From: Mobula birostris
Taxonomy: Eukaryota
DNA: 64,000 nucleotides
NCBI RefSeq assembly: GCF_030028105.1
Contig: NC_092371.1
Coordinates: forward strand, 97,305,064 to 97,369,063
Direction: 5' to 3'
Made by a program: the position numbers and the translations under genes
Part shown: in pieces, positions 61,901 through 64,000 of the stretch
How positions within the stretch are numbered: the first letter of the stretch is position 1
Layout: each line of letters opens with the position of its first letter
Notes under the pieces: generated by a model
What the model was told of the DNA's origin: nothing
Database searches by the model: none
What the model saw: only the letters and a program-made list of their open reading frames with translations

Positions 61901-62969
61901 TCGCTCATGGTCCCATCCCCCTCGCAAATTAGTTTAAACCCTCCCGAACCATGCTAGCAAACCTACCTGCAAGGATATTGCTCCCCCTCGAGTTCAGGTT
62001 CAACGCATCCAACATGTACAGGTCCTACCTTCCCCAGAAGAGATCCCAATGATCCAAAAATCTAAAACCCTGCCCCCTGCACCAACTCCTCAGCCACGCA
62101 TTCAACTGTCATCTTCCCCAATTCTTACCATCACTGACACGTAGCTCTGGCAGCAATCCTGAGAACGCCACCCTTGAGGTCCTGTTCTTCAGCCTTCTGC
62201 CTAGTTCCCGAAACTCACACTTCAGGACCTCATCCCTCTTCCTGCCTATGTCGTTGGTCCCAACATGTATCACGACTTCTGGTTGCTTTCCCTCTCGTAC
62301 CAGGATGTCGTGCACCCGGTCAGAGACATTCCGGACCCTGGCACCCGGGAGGCAAAAAAGCATGCGGATGTCCTTCTCACGTCCACAAAATCTCCTGTCT
62401 GCTCCCCTGACTATAGAGTCTCCAATGACGACAGCTTTCCTCTTCTCCGTCCCACCCTTCTGCACCACAGGGTCAGGCTCAGTGCCGGAAGCCCTGCCAC
62501 CGTGGCTCACACCTGGTCGGTCGTCCCTGCGGACAGTATCCAGGACAGTAAACTTATTATTCAGGGGAATGGCTACAGGGGTGCTCTGCACTACCTGTCT
62601 GCTTACCTTCGCTTTCCCCCCTCTGACTGTCACCCAACGACCTGCTTCCGACAGCCTAGGTGTGACTACCTCCCTGTAGCTCTCATCTATGACTGCCTCA
62701 TTCTCCCTTATGAGTCGAAGGTCATCCAGCTGCTGCTCCAGATTCCGTACACGGTCTTCCAGATCGCCCAGCCGTATGCACTTCTGGCAGATGTGACTCT
62801 GCGGGAGAGGGGAGTTCCCCCAAGACTGCCACATCTCACGTGAGAGGCACATCACCGTCTCAGGAGACATTGTAAAAACTAACTGCGAGCAAGCTTGTCC
62901 TCCGCCTCTTCTCGTCGAGGTCTCTCGAGTCAAAGCCTCAAAGCTCCACTCCTTCACTGGCCCACTCAC
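58943..62969 (-). mobile_element. Near full-length CR1 LINE (5' UTR, ORF1 Zn-finger/esterase, ORF2 EN-RT, tail), inactivated
   Basis: ORF1 ATG at 62870 (MSPETVMC..HICQKC..GDSIVRG..HVGTND); EN YLNARSIRNKGDEL and GDFNFP; [15 protein letters not shown] and [10 protein letters not shown]; (catagaa)n tail; multiple stops and frameshifts. Confidence 0.93.
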
Positions 62970-64000
62970 GCACGGATGGTGTACGCTGGATGGTCGTCAA
63001 TGAACCGGGCGGGAGGTGGGATTCGGCGGGAGGGCACAAAGATATAGGTTTCAATTGGGCGACGTGAAACGCGTGATGAATGTGCGTGGATCCGGGCTGT
63101 TTGAGTCTGACCACCGAGGGGCTGATGACACTCTCAACAATCTCGAATGGTCCCAGGTAGCGAGGTGCGAGTTTCTTGGGTTCATTCTTGATGGGGATGT
63201 ATCTTGCCGAGAGCCAAACCTTCTGCTCAGGCCGATAATTTGGTGCAGGAATTCGGCGGCGATCGGCAATCCTCCGGTTGCTGTCGGCTGATCGGAGCAG
63301 GGCCGCGCGTGCATCCTTCCAGATCTTGTGGCACCGGCGAAGATGGGCCTGAACAGAAGGCACAGCAATGCCATCTTCACGAGCAGGAAACAGAGGGTGT
63401 TGATAACCGAGGGAGCATTCGAAGGGAGACATTCCGGTGGCGGTGCTGACCAGGGAGATGAGGGCGTACTCGACCCAAACGAGATGGGTGCTCCAGGATG
63501 CCGGGCTGTTGGCGGTTATGCAGCGCAATGCTGCTTCCAAATCCTGGTTTGTTCGTTCTGTTTGACCATTACTCTGCGGATGGAAGCCGGAAGACAGGTT
63601 TATTGAGACTCCAAGGGCTTAACAAAAGGATCTCCTGACTTGAGAGATGAATTGGGGGCCCCGGTCAGAAATAATGTCAGAGGGATTTCCATGAAGGGGA
63701 AGACGTGATGAACAAAGGGGTCGGCTGTCTCACGGGATGTAAGGAGTTTGGGAAGGCCTACGAAGTGCACAGCTTTGGCGAAGCGACCCACCACGGTGAG
63801 TACGGCAGTGTTCCTATGTGAAGGGGGTAGTCCAGTACCGAAATCCAGCGCAATATGAGACCAAGGGCGGCTAGGGACAGGTAGGCGACGAAGCAACCCA
63901 GCAGGTGGTCGGTGGGAGGCTTTTCCGCGGGTACAAACAGAACAGGCAGAGACGAAGGAACGGGTGTCAGCATCCATGGAGGGCCACCAGAAATGTCTCT
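62970..64000 (-). mobile_element. Chromovirus (sushi-like) integrase
   Basis: [18 protein letters not shown] and [17 protein letters not shown]; continuous with 58740-58942 once the CR1 is removed. Confidence 0.85.

Noticed and set aside
1-64000. CRISPR arrays, tRNA/rRNA genes, operons
   Set aside because: The sequence is vertebrate-type; repeats are TE-derived or two-copy tandems without spacers, and no tRNA or rRNA structure was recognised.

Overview
Eukaryotic, transposon-saturated DNA, inferred to be from a cartilaginous fish (possibly a ray) from the Ig light-chain type and the repeat families. One apparently intact host gene segment is present: a germline-joined lambda-like (type II) Ig light-chain V-J on the minus strand. 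It has a leader exon (4311-4359), a fused V-J exon (3847-4176) and an octamer/TATA promoter; its C exon was not found and probably lies left of the window. A degenerate orphan C-lambda exon lies at 21982-22298, and a decayed IgSF V-type exon with an NKp30-like F-G spacing at about 42.4-42.7 kb. Most of the rest is CR1, L1 and Rex1 LINEs, Gypsy/chromovirus LTR elements, hAT and mariner relics, and Penelope-type repeats carrying minimal hammerhead ribozyme motifs. The most notable structures are (i) a non-autonomous two-LTR element (49365-51889) with a 5-bp TSD and a self-complementary primer site suggesting Tf1/sushi-style self-priming, (ii) inverted pairs of minimal hammerheads, one inside the Ig J-C intron, and (iii) the joined V-J with a 5-residue CDR3. 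Ig exon, TSD and motif coordinates were counted base by base; most TE boundaries are approximate, and family names come from motif recognition, not database searches.
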